A stretch of 32,144 bases of DNA. Source: Spirulina sp. (lineage in GTDB: Bacteria > Cyanobacteriota > Cyanobacteriia > Phormidesmidales > Phormidesmidaceae). Below, piece by piece: positions 17,886-27,124 of the stretch (within the stretch, counting starts at the first letter, position 1; each line of letters begins with the position of its first letter). The DNA lies in assembly GCA_044070495.1 (NCBI GenBank), contig JBIPSI010000045.1, positions 1-32,144 on the forward strand. The letters run 5' to 3'. A program made the position numbers and the translations under genes. The notes below the pieces were generated by a model. The model saw nothing but the letters and a program-made list of their open reading frames with translations. It searched no databases and was not told where the DNA came from.

Positions 17886-18374
17886 ATGCCGTTTGTAAGA
17901 GTTCCCGCTATGGTATCCGTCAATCCTACGACAACGCCTGCACCCGTCCAGCAAATCACTCACGATAACGAACTCCTAGCCCTGATTCTCTCCCACCGCT
18001 TTACCGAGCCAGGGATTCACTTCTTTACCCCCAACGAGCTATCCCAGCAGCTTGCCTATATGAAATACGATGTCGGAAAAACCATTCCGGCCCACGTCCA
18101 CAACCCCGTCCATCGGGACGTGTTCTATACCCAAGAAGTGCTATTCATCAAAAAAGGTAAACTGCGGGTCGATTTTTACAGCAAAACCCAGGATTATCTA
18201 GAGAGCCGCGTGCTGGAGGCTGGCGACGTGATTTTGCTCATCACCGGAGGCCATGGCTTTGAAGTGTTGGAAGACCTAGAGATGGTTGAAGTGAAACAAG
18301 GCCCCTACGTCGGCGACCAAGACAAAACCCGCTTTGAGGGCATTTCCGCAGACCAGGCCACCATCACAGACTAA
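17886..18374 (+). CDS. Cupin-fold sugar-nucleotide modification protein
   Basis: IPAHVHNPVHR..TQEVLFIKKGKLRVDFY and GDVILLITGGHGFEVLE..EVKQGPY. Start may be ATG 17910. Confidence 0.8.
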   Translation: MPFVRVPAMVSVNPTTTPAPVQQITHDNELLALILSHRFTEPGIHFFTPNELSQQLAYMKYDVGKTIPAHVHNPVHRDVFYTQEVLFIKKGKLRVDFYSKTQDYLESRVLEAGDVILLITGGHGFEVLEDLEMVEVKQGPYVGDQDKTRFEGISADQATITD

Positions 18375-18379
18375 CCCCC

Positions 18380-19495
18380 ATGGCATTTATCCCCGTCAAC
18401 GAGCCAGCCCTCAACGGCAACGAACGCCAATACCTGCTGGAATGTCTAGATACTGGCTGGATTTCCTCCGAAGGCCCCTTTGTAGAGCGGTTTGAGACGG
18501 AAATGGCCCAGCGGGTGGGGCGACAGTATGGTATCGCCGTGGCCAATGGATCGGCGGCTCTAGATGTAGCCGTTACGGCTCTGGGGCTGGGGCCAGGAGA
18601 TGAAGTCATTCTACCCACCTTCACGATCATTTCCTGTGCGGCGGCCATTGTGCGGGCCGGGGCCAAGCCCGTCGTCGTTGACGCCGACCCCATCACCTGG
18701 AACATGGATGTAGGTCAAATTGAGGCTCGCATTACCCCCCAAACCAAAGCCATCATGGTGGTGCATATCTATGGCCTTCCAGTAGATATGGATCCGCTGC
18801 TGGCCATCGCCCAGCGACACAACCTCGCCATTATCGAAGACGCTGCCGAAATGCACGGCCAAACCTACAAAGGCCAGCCCTGCGGCAGTTTTGGCAACAT
18901 CAGCACCTTCAGCTTTTACGCCAACAAACACATCACCACGGGCGAAGGGGGGATGGTACTCACGGACGACCCAAACCTGGCAGAGCAATGCCGTTCCCTG
19001 CGTAACCTTTGTTTTCAGCCTCAGCAGCGCTTTGTCCACCAAGAACTCGGATGGAACTTTCGCATGGGTAACCTACAAGCGGCCCTCGGCGTAGCGCAAC
19101 TTGAACAACTGGATCACTTCATTCAACGCAAACGCGACATGGGACAGCGTTACACCGAGGGTCTAGCCCATATCCCCGGATTACAGTTACCCCTCGCCGC
19201 CACCGATTACGCGGATAACGTCTACTGGGTCTACGGAATAATCCTCAAAGACGAGGTTCCCTTCGATGCTGCCGAAGCCATGCAGCGACTCAAGGCCAAA
19301 GGCATTGGCACCCGCCCCTTCTTCTGGCCCATGCACGAACAGCCTGTCTTTCACAAAATGGGCCTCTTTGAAGGTGAAAAATATCCCATTGCCGAGCGAT
19401 TGGCCCGCCGAGGATTTTACATTCCCAGCGGTCTGGGTTTGACCGATACCCAGATTGAGCAAGTTCTGATCGCAGTACAAGAGGTGATGGAATGA
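18380..19495 (+). CDS. DegT/DnrJ/EryC1/StrS aminotransferase (perosamine synthetase-like)
   Basis: GWISSEGPFV, ANGSAAL, VHIYGLPVDM, IIEDAAE, FSFYANKHITTGEGGM and GWNFRM. Confidence 0.92.
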   Translation: MAFIPVNEPALNGNERQYLLECLDTGWISSEGPFVERFETEMAQRVGRQYGIAVANGSAALDVAVTALGLGPGDEVILPTFTIISCAAAIVRAGAKPVVVDADPITWNMDVGQIEARITPQTKAIMVVHIYGLPVDMDPLLAIAQRHNLAIIEDAAEMHGQTYKGQPCGSFGNISTFSFYANKHITTGEGGMVLTDDPNLAEQCRSLRNLCFQPQQRFVHQELGWNFRMGNLQAALGVAQLEQLDHFIQRKRDMGQRYTEGLAHIPGLQLPLAATDYADNVYWVYGIILKDEVPFDAAEAMQRLKAKGIGTRPFFWPMHEQPVFHKMGLFEGEKYPIAERLARRGFYIPSGLGLTDTQIEQVLIAVQEVME

Positions 19496-20262
19496 CCGTC
19501 TTTGATGCCTACGCCCAGTACTACGATTTGCTCTATCAAGACAAAGACTATCAGGCAGAGGCCAACTTCGTCATTAGCTTAGTCAACGCCCATGCGCCGA
19601 AAGCCAAAACGATTTTAGAGCTAGGCTGTGGTACAGGACGCCACGCAGAATATTTTGTAGACGTAGGCTATCAAGTTTGGGGAGTCGAGAAAAGTCCTGA
19701 GATGATAGCTCAGTGTCAAAAGCGGTGGCTACAGCTTCCAAAAGATAAACAACAGGCTTTCAATCCGGTAGAAGGCGATCTTAGATTGATTAATCTAGAT
19801 CAGAAATTTGATGTCGTTATTGCTTTATTCCATGTTATCAGTTATCAAACAGCCAATCAGGATATTCGACGCGCATTTGATAATGTCCGAAATCACTTGA
19901 AGCCTGGAGGTCTTTTCATCTTTGACTTCTGGTACGGCCCAGCCGTTTTAAGCGAAAAGCCTGAAATTCGTGTCAAGCGCCTAGAAAATGATCGCCTCAA
20001 AGTCATTCGCATTGCTGAGTCAAATCTTTTATTCAATGAAAATATTGTCACTGTAAACTACGAAATTTTCGCTGAGGATAAAATTCAGTCAAATACCCAT
20101 GTTCTCCATGAATGCCATCGGATGCGATATTTCTTTCTGCCAGAACTAACAGCTTATCTAGAATCTGCCCAACTCTCACAGATTGAATACATGGCTTGGT
20201 TAACTGGAGAAATTCCCAGCTTAAGTACCTGGGGAGTATATGCGATAGCGAGATTACCATGA
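19492..20262 (+). CDS. Class I SAM methyltransferase (sugar N/O-methyltransferase type)
   Basis: YAQYYDLLYQDKDY..EA, LELGCGTGRHA, HLKPGGLFIFDFWYGPAV and HRMRYFF. ATGA overlap with the aminotransferase stop. Confidence 0.88.
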   Translation: MTVFDAYAQYYDLLYQDKDYQAEANFVISLVNAHAPKAKTILELGCGTGRHAEYFVDVGYQVWGVEKSPEMIAQCQKRWLQLPKDKQQAFNPVEGDLRLINLDQKFDVVIALFHVISYQTANQDIRRAFDNVRNHLKPGGLFIFDFWYGPAVLSEKPEIRVKRLENDRLKVIRIAESNLLFNENIVTVNYEIFAEDKIQSNTHVLHECHRMRYFFLPELTAYLESAQLSQIEYMAWLTGEIPSLSTWGVYAIARLP

Positions 20263-21398
20263 CGGTTAAGAAGGTTGCTTTTATACACTTCCCCCATAAT
20301 CCAAGTTCGGCACGATTAGAAACCATGCCGTTTGCTTTAAATACAGTCACCTCTCTAGAGAAGATTGGCTGGAAGATTGATTTGTTTCTGTGGGAAGGAC
20401 AAAGTCATCACTACGACAATCTATTTTCTGATGGCATCAAGGTCTATTATCAGAAACTTATTGGTGTCAGAAAGCTGCGCTACCTAGGGCCATCGCGCTT
20501 CTGGATGCAGTTTCGAGTTTTGCCGAGTCGCTATGACTACGTTTTCGGAGTCGGCCAGATTGGCGCATACATTGCTGCATTGATTGCACAATCTAGCCAT
20601 TGCCCCTGGATTTATATGAACGATGAGTTTGCTAGCTGCTGGGATGGTGAGAGCATCCATCGTGGCTGGGCTGCTCACGAAATTAATGCCGCTAAAAGTG
20701 CGGCCATCATTATTGCTCCTGATGAACAACGGATTCCCGAACTCAAAAAAGAGCTAGGCTTACCAGATAAAAAATATGTTGCTTTGCCAAATATTCCATC
20801 GCCACGATATCCTGTAAAAGAAATTAACTGGCGCAGCCTCCTAGGATTACCTGAAAATGTAATTCCGTTCCTCCACGCTGGCTCAGTAGCGGATTGGGCT
20901 CAAATTCCAGAACTGCTATCAAGTGTTCCCTACTGGCCTGAGAATACAGTTCTTATTATTCACAGTCGATCCAGTCAGGGGCTAGAAGATTACAAGCGTA
21001 GCCTTGCCCATTTAGATGTTCCAGGTCGTGTCTACTGGAGCATGAGTTCGCTAGATGAAGCTAGCCTTAATTCTTTAGTTTACTTCTGTGCAGGTTCATT
21101 TGCCCTATATCGAAACACTGGCCCCAACATTGATTTGGCTGGATTTTCTTCTGGGAAGCTAATGCGAAGTATTGCCTATGAAAGACCAGTGATTGCTTCT
21201 CGATTAACTTCCTTTAAGTTTATTGAAGATTTTGAGTTAGGAGTTCTAGTCGATCATCCTGCCGAAATTCCAGCAGCCATTGATAAAATTTCTACTAACC
21301 CTGCTATGTTTTCTCAAAACTGCTCTCATTTCTGCCGTTCAAAAGTTTCCTTTGAAAAGAGTTGGGCTGATTTCTTCATTAACCTGACAGCAATCTAA
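20259..21398 (+). CDS. GT-B fold (GT4-like) glycosyltransferase
   Basis: FLHAGSV, SSGKLMRSIAYERPVIAS and FIEDFELGVLV. The ATG at 20259 overlaps the upstream TGA. Confidence 0.7.
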   Translation: MTVKKVAFIHFPHNPSSARLETMPFALNTVTSLEKIGWKIDLFLWEGQSHHYDNLFSDGIKVYYQKLIGVRKLRYLGPSRFWMQFRVLPSRYDYVFGVGQIGAYIAALIAQSSHCPWIYMNDEFASCWDGESIHRGWAAHEINAAKSAAIIIAPDEQRIPELKKELGLPDKKYVALPNIPSPRYPVKEINWRSLLGLPENVIPFLHAGSVADWAQIPELLSSVPYWPENTVLIIHSRSSQGLEDYKRSLAHLDVPGRVYWSMSSLDEASLNSLVYFCAGSFALYRNTGPNIDLAGFSSGKLMRSIAYERPVIASRLTSFKFIEDFELGVLVDHPAEIPAAIDKISTNPAMFSQNCSHFCRSKVSFEKSWADFFINLTAI

Positions 21399-21423
21399 CC
21401 AGAAAGTCAGTATCACCCATAGC

Positions 21424-21481
<58 letters not shown>

Positions 21482-21483
<2 letters not shown>

Positions 21484-21604
21484 GACCCTATCGGTTTACA
21501 TCCTCATCCCCGTCCACAACCGCAGGGTCGTTACCTTGGCCTGCCTAGAGATTCTCCATCGCAATGACGACCTAAGCCTGTTGCATCAGTACAAGCAGAA
21601 ATAG
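21482..21604 (+). pseudogene. Orphan 5' stub of the GT2 gene at 22735
   Basis: MTLSVYILIPVHNRRVVTLACLEILHRNDDL versus MPPSVYILIPVHNRKAVTLTCLETLQRHGDL (75/93 nt identical). Homology stops at about 21574. Confidence 0.85.
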
Positions 21605-21812
21605 GCGTATCCATTCCCACTTTTATCGCCTCTCGCATCCCCGGTACCGACAACAGATAGAGCGTTTCTTGAATTGCTGATCAGTCGCTTTCAGAGAGTA
21701 GAACAGCTTTAGTATGCTCTCCAGCAATCAAAATCGGCTGATGAGACTGGTTAACCGTTTCAATGAGTCCCGATAAATTTTGGTGTGCTTCATTAACAGA
21801 TAGTGTAGCTAT
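21578..21812 (-). pseudogene. Phd/YefM antitoxin pseudogene
   Basis: (I)ATLSVNEAHQNLSGLIETVNQSHQPILIAGEHTKAVLLSESD*SAIQETLYLLSVPGMREAIKVG. The start appears as ATA and the conserved Trp as TGA, while the RBS AGGGGAG is intact. Confidence 0.85.
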
Positions 21813-21824
21813 GTCAGCTCCCCT

Positions 21825-22664
21825 TTATGGGCTGCTTTCTAGCCCTTCCACAGCGTCCGCATAGCTGTAGATTTCAATACCCAGCGCCTCTGCCACAGGC
21901 CGCGCCCGATCATCCACCATCGGCGAAATCACAATCTTGCGGCTAACAGGTCGTTGTTCGTGCTTTTCGTAGAAATCTACCTTGCGGCCAAAGCTATACA
22001 TTCCAGCCTTATCGATAGAAGACTTGATTTCGCAGGCAATGGTCATCCCGTTTTGGATAATCAAATCCAATTCCACCTGGTCAGGACGACCAAACACTTC
22101 TCCCCCATGGTCGTAAAGATTGAGGTTCAACACTTCTACCCCAAAAGACTCCGTCAGAATACCTGCTAGAGCATTGCGAAAACTTGCTTCAGAGGACAAC
22201 CCCCACCGAGATCCCAAAGCACCGATAGTACTCTCATATCGTTTATCTAAGCGTCGATTTTCGGCCTGTTGATCGTCCCACCGACGATTTTGGTCAGCTC
22301 TTTCCTCTTCCCACCGACGATTTTGGTCAGCTCTTTCTTCTTCCCACCGACGATTTTGGTTGGCTCTTTCTTCTTCCCACCGACGATTTTGGTCGGCTTT
22401 TTCCTCTTCCCACTTACGGTTCTGTTCATCCCACTTGCGATTTTGCTCATCCCACTTGCGGTTTTGTTCGTCCCACTTGCGGGCTTGCTCCTCCCGATCC
22501 CGCTGTAGTTCAGATAGGATGCGGTCAAATTTGATGTCGGCCTCCCGCCGCCCCATGTAAAAGTCGGAAACCGTTTGCAAGATAAATTCTCTCACCTGGG
22601 GTTCTTGGGCCATTAACCGGGGGAGTTCTTGCCGAATGATGGCAATGATTTCAGACTGCTCCAT
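21825..22664 (-). CDS. DUF3782-type PD-(D/E)XK nuclease-domain protein with repeat coiled coil
   Basis: IGALGSRWGLSSEASFR, VFGRPDQVELDLII...CEIKSS and KIVISPMVD. Start taken at MEQSEII (22664). Confidence 0.8.
   Translation of the reverse strand: MEQSEIIAIIRQELPRLMAQEPQVREFILQTVSDFYMGRREADIKFDRILSELQRDREEQARKWDEQNRKWDEQNRKWDEQNRKWEEEKADQNRRWEEERANQNRRWEEERADQNRRWEEERADQNRRWDDQQAENRRLDKRYESTIGALGSRWGLSSEASFRNALAGILTESFGVEVLNLNLYDHGGEVFGRPDQVELDLIIQNGMTIACEIKSSIDKAGMYSFGRKVDFYEKHEQRPVSRKIVISPMVDDRARPVAEALGIEIYSYADAVEGLESSP
22258..22494 (-). repeat. Intragenic tandem repeats: 21-bp (DEQNRKW) and 33-bp (EEERADQNRRW) units
   Basis: EEQARKW (DEQNRKW)3 (EEE[KR]A[DN]QNRRW)4 DDQQAENRRL. Confidence 0.9.
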
Positions 22665-22734
22665 CGTGGGCTGTACTGTGGGATGCTCACTATTATAGTC
22701 AGGATGGCTTACGCATCGAATCACCCAGCCGCCC

Positions 22735-23622
22735 ATGCCCCCATCGGTCTACATCCTCATCCCCGTCCACAACCGCAAGGCGGTCACACTCACCTGCCTA
22801 GAAACCCTTCAGCGCCATGGCGACCTAGACCGCTATCAAGTGGTGGTGATTGACGACGGCTCCACCGATGGCACCACCGAAGCAATTCAGGCCCGCTTTC
22901 CCCAGGTCACCCTTCTCAAAGGCGATGGCAACCTCTGGTGGACGGGGGCTATCGTCAAAGGGATGACTTACGCCTACGACCAAGGGGCCAACTTTTTTGT
23001 TTGGCTTAATGATGACACATTGCCTTTAGCCGGAACCCTGACAACGCTAGTTAATCACTGCGTTCAAGCTCCCAAACGCCTAGCTGCCGCCCAGTGCTAC
23101 GCCGACGAAGCCCTCACCCAACCTACCTATGGCGGCCAGCTTAAACACCCGCTCTCCATTGAATTAGTCGCCACCCCCCAGGGCCAAACCCGTCCCTGCG
23201 ACTGCATGAGCGGCAACCTTGTTTGCCTGCCGTGCTCCATCGTGGATGATATCGGCTATCCCCCTGCCGACCGCCTGCCCCACTGCCGTGCCGACATTGT
23301 CTATACCCTGACCGCCAAACGGGCTGGATACGAACTCTCGGTGCTAGGAAGTGCCGTCGCCCTGGCTGTCCTCAACCCCTTCGACCAAGGCTGGGCCTTC
23401 AGCGAGATTCCCATGGGCCAGCGGTGGCGACAGTTGAGCAGCCTTAAGTCCAACATCCACCCGCCCACCTACTGGGTATATTGCAAGGCTGTATTTGGCT
23501 GGCTTGGCCCCTTGCTCTTTGTTGCGGTTTATCTAAAATTATTGGGATTTACCATCGCTCGGTTCATCTTGCCCTTAGCCTGGTTAAAGCAACTCAAAAC
23601 CCTCAAGGATCGGGCACGATGA
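22735..23622 (+). CDS. GT2 glycosyltransferase
   Basis: ILIPVHNRK, VIDDGSTDGT, GDGNLWWTGA, WLNDD and MSGNLV. Confidence 0.9.
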   Translation: MPPSVYILIPVHNRKAVTLTCLETLQRHGDLDRYQVVVIDDGSTDGTTEAIQARFPQVTLLKGDGNLWWTGAIVKGMTYAYDQGANFFVWLNDDTLPLAGTLTTLVNHCVQAPKRLAAAQCYADEALTQPTYGGQLKHPLSIELVATPQGQTRPCDCMSGNLVCLPCSIVDDIGYPPADRLPHCRADIVYTLTAKRAGYELSVLGSAVALAVLNPFDQGWAFSEIPMGQRWRQLSSLKSNIHPPTYWVYCKAVFGWLGPLLFVAVYLKLLGFTIARFILPLAWLKQLKTLKDRAR

Positions 23623-23650
23623 ACCGAATGTTGATTCCCACTCTGCAACC

Positions 23651-24517
23651 ATGAGCGGCGTTTTTATCCTCATCCCCGTCCACAACCGCCGAGACACCAC
23701 CCTGCGGGGGCTAAGCCAGCTTTACCAAGATCCCACCGTGCAGCAATGGCCAGAGTTGCATGTGGTAGTAATTGACGACGGTTCCACCGACGGTACCGCC
23801 GAGGCCATCCAGCAAGCGTTTCCCCAGGTCAAAATTCTGTCAGGCGACGGCAATCTATGGTGGACAGGGGCAATGTGCTTCGGCATGGAATACGCCGTTC
23901 AGCAAGATTGTGAAGCGGTGATCTGGCTAAATGACGACTGCCCCCCCACCCCAGGCAGCCTAGCCGCCATGCACCGGGCCTCTCAGCAGCAGGGCAACGC
24001 CATCATCGGAGCCGCTTGCTACATCGCAGAAACCCACACCCTTAAACCCACCGGAGCCAAAGGCCGCACACCTATGTATGCTCAACCAGGGGACTTAGTG
24101 CCCGTCGATGAAATGAGCGGCCATTGTGTCTATATTCCAAGGGCCGTTATGGACAAAATTGGGTTTCCAAATGTCCGTCGTTTCCCCCACTACCACGGCG
24201 ACAGCAGCTACAGCCTACGTGCCACCCGCTCCGGCTTTTCCGCCTACCTATTAGGCGATGCCCAGGTGATGCATCCCGGCATGATTAAGGCTAAACCGGA
24301 GGATTTTGTTGACTTCAAGTCAGCTTCTCTGATCCAAACTTTTCATCAAGTTTTCCTGAGCCAGAAATCTCTTTACTATTGGCCTACCCAGTATTTTTAC
24401 AACGTCGAAAAATATGGCTATGGATTAGGCGTAGGAATCTTCCTCCTTAAACAAAGTCGATGGCTAGCTAAATGGCTATGGCTTACCTTATCCGTCCCCA
24501 AGGCGGTAGCCTCATGA
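23651..24517 (+). CDS. GT2 glycosyltransferase (paralog of 22735-23622)
   Basis: ILIPVHNRR, VIDDGSTDGT, GDGNLWWTGA, WLNDD and FPHYHGD. Confidence 0.9.
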   Translation: MSGVFILIPVHNRRDTTLRGLSQLYQDPTVQQWPELHVVVIDDGSTDGTAEAIQQAFPQVKILSGDGNLWWTGAMCFGMEYAVQQDCEAVIWLNDDCPPTPGSLAAMHRASQQQGNAIIGAACYIAETHTLKPTGAKGRTPMYAQPGDLVPVDEMSGHCVYIPRAVMDKIGFPNVRRFPHYHGDSSYSLRATRSGFSAYLLGDAQVMHPGMIKAKPEDFVDFKSASLIQTFHQVFLSQKSLYYWPTQYFYNVEKYGYGLGVGIFLLKQSRWLAKWLWLTLSVPKAVAS

Positions 24518-24562
24518 CTCAACCGTACTGGCTGAAATTGTTCGTGACCCACTGGCCAACTG

Positions 24563-24709
24563 CTGATTGCCTGCCCATCTCCAAAGTAGGTTGGGTGCAG
24601 CGAAGCGGAACCCAACACTCGCCGAGGATTTCAGACTTGTTGGGTTCTGCTATCGCACCGCCCAACCTACGAGAAATCAATGCTTTTCAGCGTTGTGTCA
24701 GTCAGCCAG
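24563..24709. mobile_element. TIR-bounded element carrying an inverted pair of GTAGGTTGGG REPs
   Basis: GTAGGTTGGGTGCAGCGAAGCGGAACCCAAC (24586-24616) and the inverted GTTGGGTTCTGCTATCGCACCGCCCAACCTAC (24639-24670). The ends are CTGATTGCCTG and TGTGTCAGTCAGCCAG. Confidence 0.7.
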
Positions 24710-24742
24710 GGCTAACTGACACACGAAAAGAAGTTCCCAGGG

Positions 24743-25825
24743 ATGAGTCAGGAGATGGGTAAGACGCTACTGGTCACGGGAGGCTCAGGGTTTATTGGTT
24801 CTGCGGTGGTGCGCTATCTCATCCAGCAAACGCCCCATACCGTCATCAATCTCGATAAGCTGACCTATGCGGGCCATCTCGAATCTGTGGAGATGGTGGC
24901 CAACCATCCCCGCTACCATTTTGAGCAGGTGGATATTTGCGATGGAGCCGCCCTCACTCGGATTTTTCAAACCTACCAACCTACGGCCATTTTACACCTG
25001 GCCGCCGAAACCCACGTGGATCGTTCTATCGATGGCCCTGCCGCCTTTATTCAAACCAACATCGTGGGTACCTACACCCTGCTAGAGGCTGCTCGCACCC
25101 ATTGGCAAACACTCGATGCCAAGGCCCGATCTCAGTTTCGGTTTCACCACATTTCCACCGACGAAGTCTTTGGCGATCTCGGCCAAGCAGGCGGCTACTT
25201 TACCGAAACTACCCCCTACGCCCCCAGTTCGCCCTACTCCGCCAGCAAGGCCAGCGCCGATCATCTAGTGCGAGCCTGGCACCGTACCTATGGTTTGCCC
25301 ATCCTGATTACTAACTGCTCCAACAACTACGGCCCCTACCACTTCCCAGAAAAGCTGATTCCCCTGATGATTCTCAACGCCCTGGAGGGCAAACCCCTGC
25401 CCGTCTATGGCCAAGGGGCACAAATCCGCGACTGGCTCTACGTGGAAGACCATGCCCGCGCCCTCCATACCGTGCTAACCCAGGGACAGCCAGGGGAAAC
25501 CTATCTGATCGGTGGCCATCAGGAAGTTCGCAACCTCGATGTGGTGATCGCCCTTTGCGACCTGTTAGAAGAACTTGCCCCCCAAAAGCCAGAGGGGGTA
25601 GCCCGCTATGCCGACCTGATTACCTTTGTCCCAGACCGTCCTGGTCACGACCAGCGCTACGCCATCGATGCCAGCAAAATTCAGCGGGAACTAGGCTGGC
25701 AACCGCAGGAAACCTTCGCCACTGGGCTGCGCAAAACCGTGGCCTGGTACCTGGCCCATCGCGGCTGGTGTGATCGGGCCTTGGCCAATACCTATAGTCG
25801 TCAACGATTGGGGCTAAACCCATGA
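24743..25825 (+). CDS. rfbB: dTDP-glucose 4,6-dehydratase
   Basis: [61 protein letters not shown] and [12 protein letters not shown]. Confidence 0.95.
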   Translation: MSQEMGKTLLVTGGSGFIGSAVVRYLIQQTPHTVINLDKLTYAGHLESVEMVANHPRYHFEQVDICDGAALTRIFQTYQPTAILHLAAETHVDRSIDGPAAFIQTNIVGTYTLLEAARTHWQTLDAKARSQFRFHHISTDEVFGDLGQAGGYFTETTPYAPSSPYSASKASADHLVRAWHRTYGLPILITNCSNNYGPYHFPEKLIPLMILNALEGKPLPVYGQGAQIRDWLYVEDHARALHTVLTQGQPGETYLIGGHQEVRNLDVVIALCDLLEELAPQKPEGVARYADLITFVPDRPGHDQRYAIDASKIQRELGWQPQETFATGLRKTVAWYLAHRGWCDRALANTYSRQRLGLNP

Positions 25826-25914
25826 AAGGCATTATTCTATCGGGGGACTGGTACCCGCCTCCCTACGATCACCTAGGCATCCATAATCAATGGCTTCCCG
25901 TTTATGACAAATGA
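25822..25914 (+). pseudogene. rfbA: 5' stub of glucose-1-phosphate thymidylyltransferase
   Basis: ATGA-coupled to rfbB. MKGIILSG / shifted frame TGTRLPTIT / GIHNQWLPVYDK* matches RmlA MKGIILAGGSGTRLYP.T...SKQLLPVYDK. It ends at an ATGACAA direct repeat. Confidence 0.85.
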
Positions 25915-25942
25915 CAAAATGTTTTAATAAGGATCTCACCCC

Positions 25943-27124
25943 ATGAAGCAACCTCGCTGGTTGAAGATAATATCTGCTCGATGGTCTACGGATCCACTTA
26001 AGAAAGGATTAAAAAAGGCCTATTTAAGTCTGCAACCCTACGATGGGCCAACGCTATTTACCACTCGTGGGCCAAGCCGTTGCCAACTCATTTCGGAGGT
26101 GGCCAAAGCCGCAGGGGGCTATCACACCACCCTGAGAAAGGGCGATACCTATAGCTTTCCTCTACCTAAGTCGAATCATCCAGCCATTGCCGCTTTCTTT
26201 GCGCAGTATGCCAGCGGTGAATATCCTCCAATTACGGTCTCCGAAATCCCAGGTGGCCGCATCTATGCCAACGGTGTTGTGTTATCTCCCGATGGCACAA
26301 CCTTGGCCCGTGATCTATCCTTAGACTATACCCATCCCTTCGAGTCGCACTATTTACTAAACCGCCCGATTCACCGCAGTCAATCTCTCAAAGGCCGTGT
26401 CCTAAGTGTGGCCTCCTGGCAAACCCACAGCTATTACCATTGGCTTCTTGATGAATTACCGCGTTATTTGTTGTCCAACTTGCCCGACTATGACCAAGTG
26501 GTTTGCTCTAGAAAAACCAGCGCTTATCAAGCCGCCATTGAACACCTTGGTTTAGATAAAAAGCCCATTGTGTTTTTGGATCGCATCAAACACTATCAAT
26601 GTGATGTTCTGATTGTTCCGTCCTATGTCAGCACCACTGGGCAACCCAGTCCTTACCTGGTAGAGCGACTTACTCAGGCGGTTACTCCTCTTATTAAGGA
26701 CTCAGCCTCCTATCCTGAGAAAATTTTTATTTCTCGTCAATTAGCGGGATTGAGACGAATCGTAAACGAAGACGCCCTATTTCAAAACCTTGAACCCTAT
26801 GGATTTACTAGGGTTCGCCTTGAAGATTTCTCATGGCAAGACCAAATCAATCTTTTCTACCATGCCCGCGAGATTATATCTCCCCATGGGGCAGGACTTG
26901 CCAACCTAGTATTCTGTGCTCAAAAACCCTTGGTAATTGAGCTATTTAACGCCAACTATATGCATTGGTGTTTTTGGCAGTTAGCTACGTTAGTGGGCGC
27001 GAACTATCAACCCTTCGCTTTCCCTAGAGCAGGTAAGGTTCAGCAAATACCATCTGCGGGTGCCTTAGATATTGAGATTTCTGATATTTCTAGTTTTCTA
27101 GAGGCTTATCGGTACTTTTCCTAG
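25943..27124 (+). CDS. GT61/DUF563 glycosyltransferase
   Basis: SYYHWLLDELPR, KIFISR, RRIVNE, QINLF..AREIISPHGAGLANLVF and IELF. Confidence 0.85.
   Translation: MKQPRWLKIISARWSTDPLKKGLKKAYLSLQPYDGPTLFTTRGPSRCQLISEVAKAAGGYHTTLRKGDTYSFPLPKSNHPAIAAFFAQYASGEYPPITVSEIPGGRIYANGVVLSPDGTTLARDLSLDYTHPFESHYLLNRPIHRSQSLKGRVLSVASWQTHSYYHWLLDELPRYLLSNLPDYDQVVCSRKTSAYQAAIEHLGLDKKPIVFLDRIKHYQCDVLIVPSYVSTTGQPSPYLVERLTQAVTPLIKDSASYPEKIFISRQLAGLRRIVNEDALFQNLEPYGFTRVRLEDFSWQDQINLFYHAREIISPHGAGLANLVFCAQKPLVIELFNANYMHWCFWQLATLVGANYQPFAFPRAGKVQQIPSAGALDIEISDISSFLEAYRYFS

Noticed and set aside
22258..22494. 33-bp periodic repeats as a CRISPR array
   Set aside because: They are contiguous in-frame coding repeats with no unique spacers, and no cas genes are present.
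24472..24762. 96-aa ORF as an intact gene
   Set aside because: It mostly reads through the REP-containing element. Only 24514-24562 may be a gene remnant.
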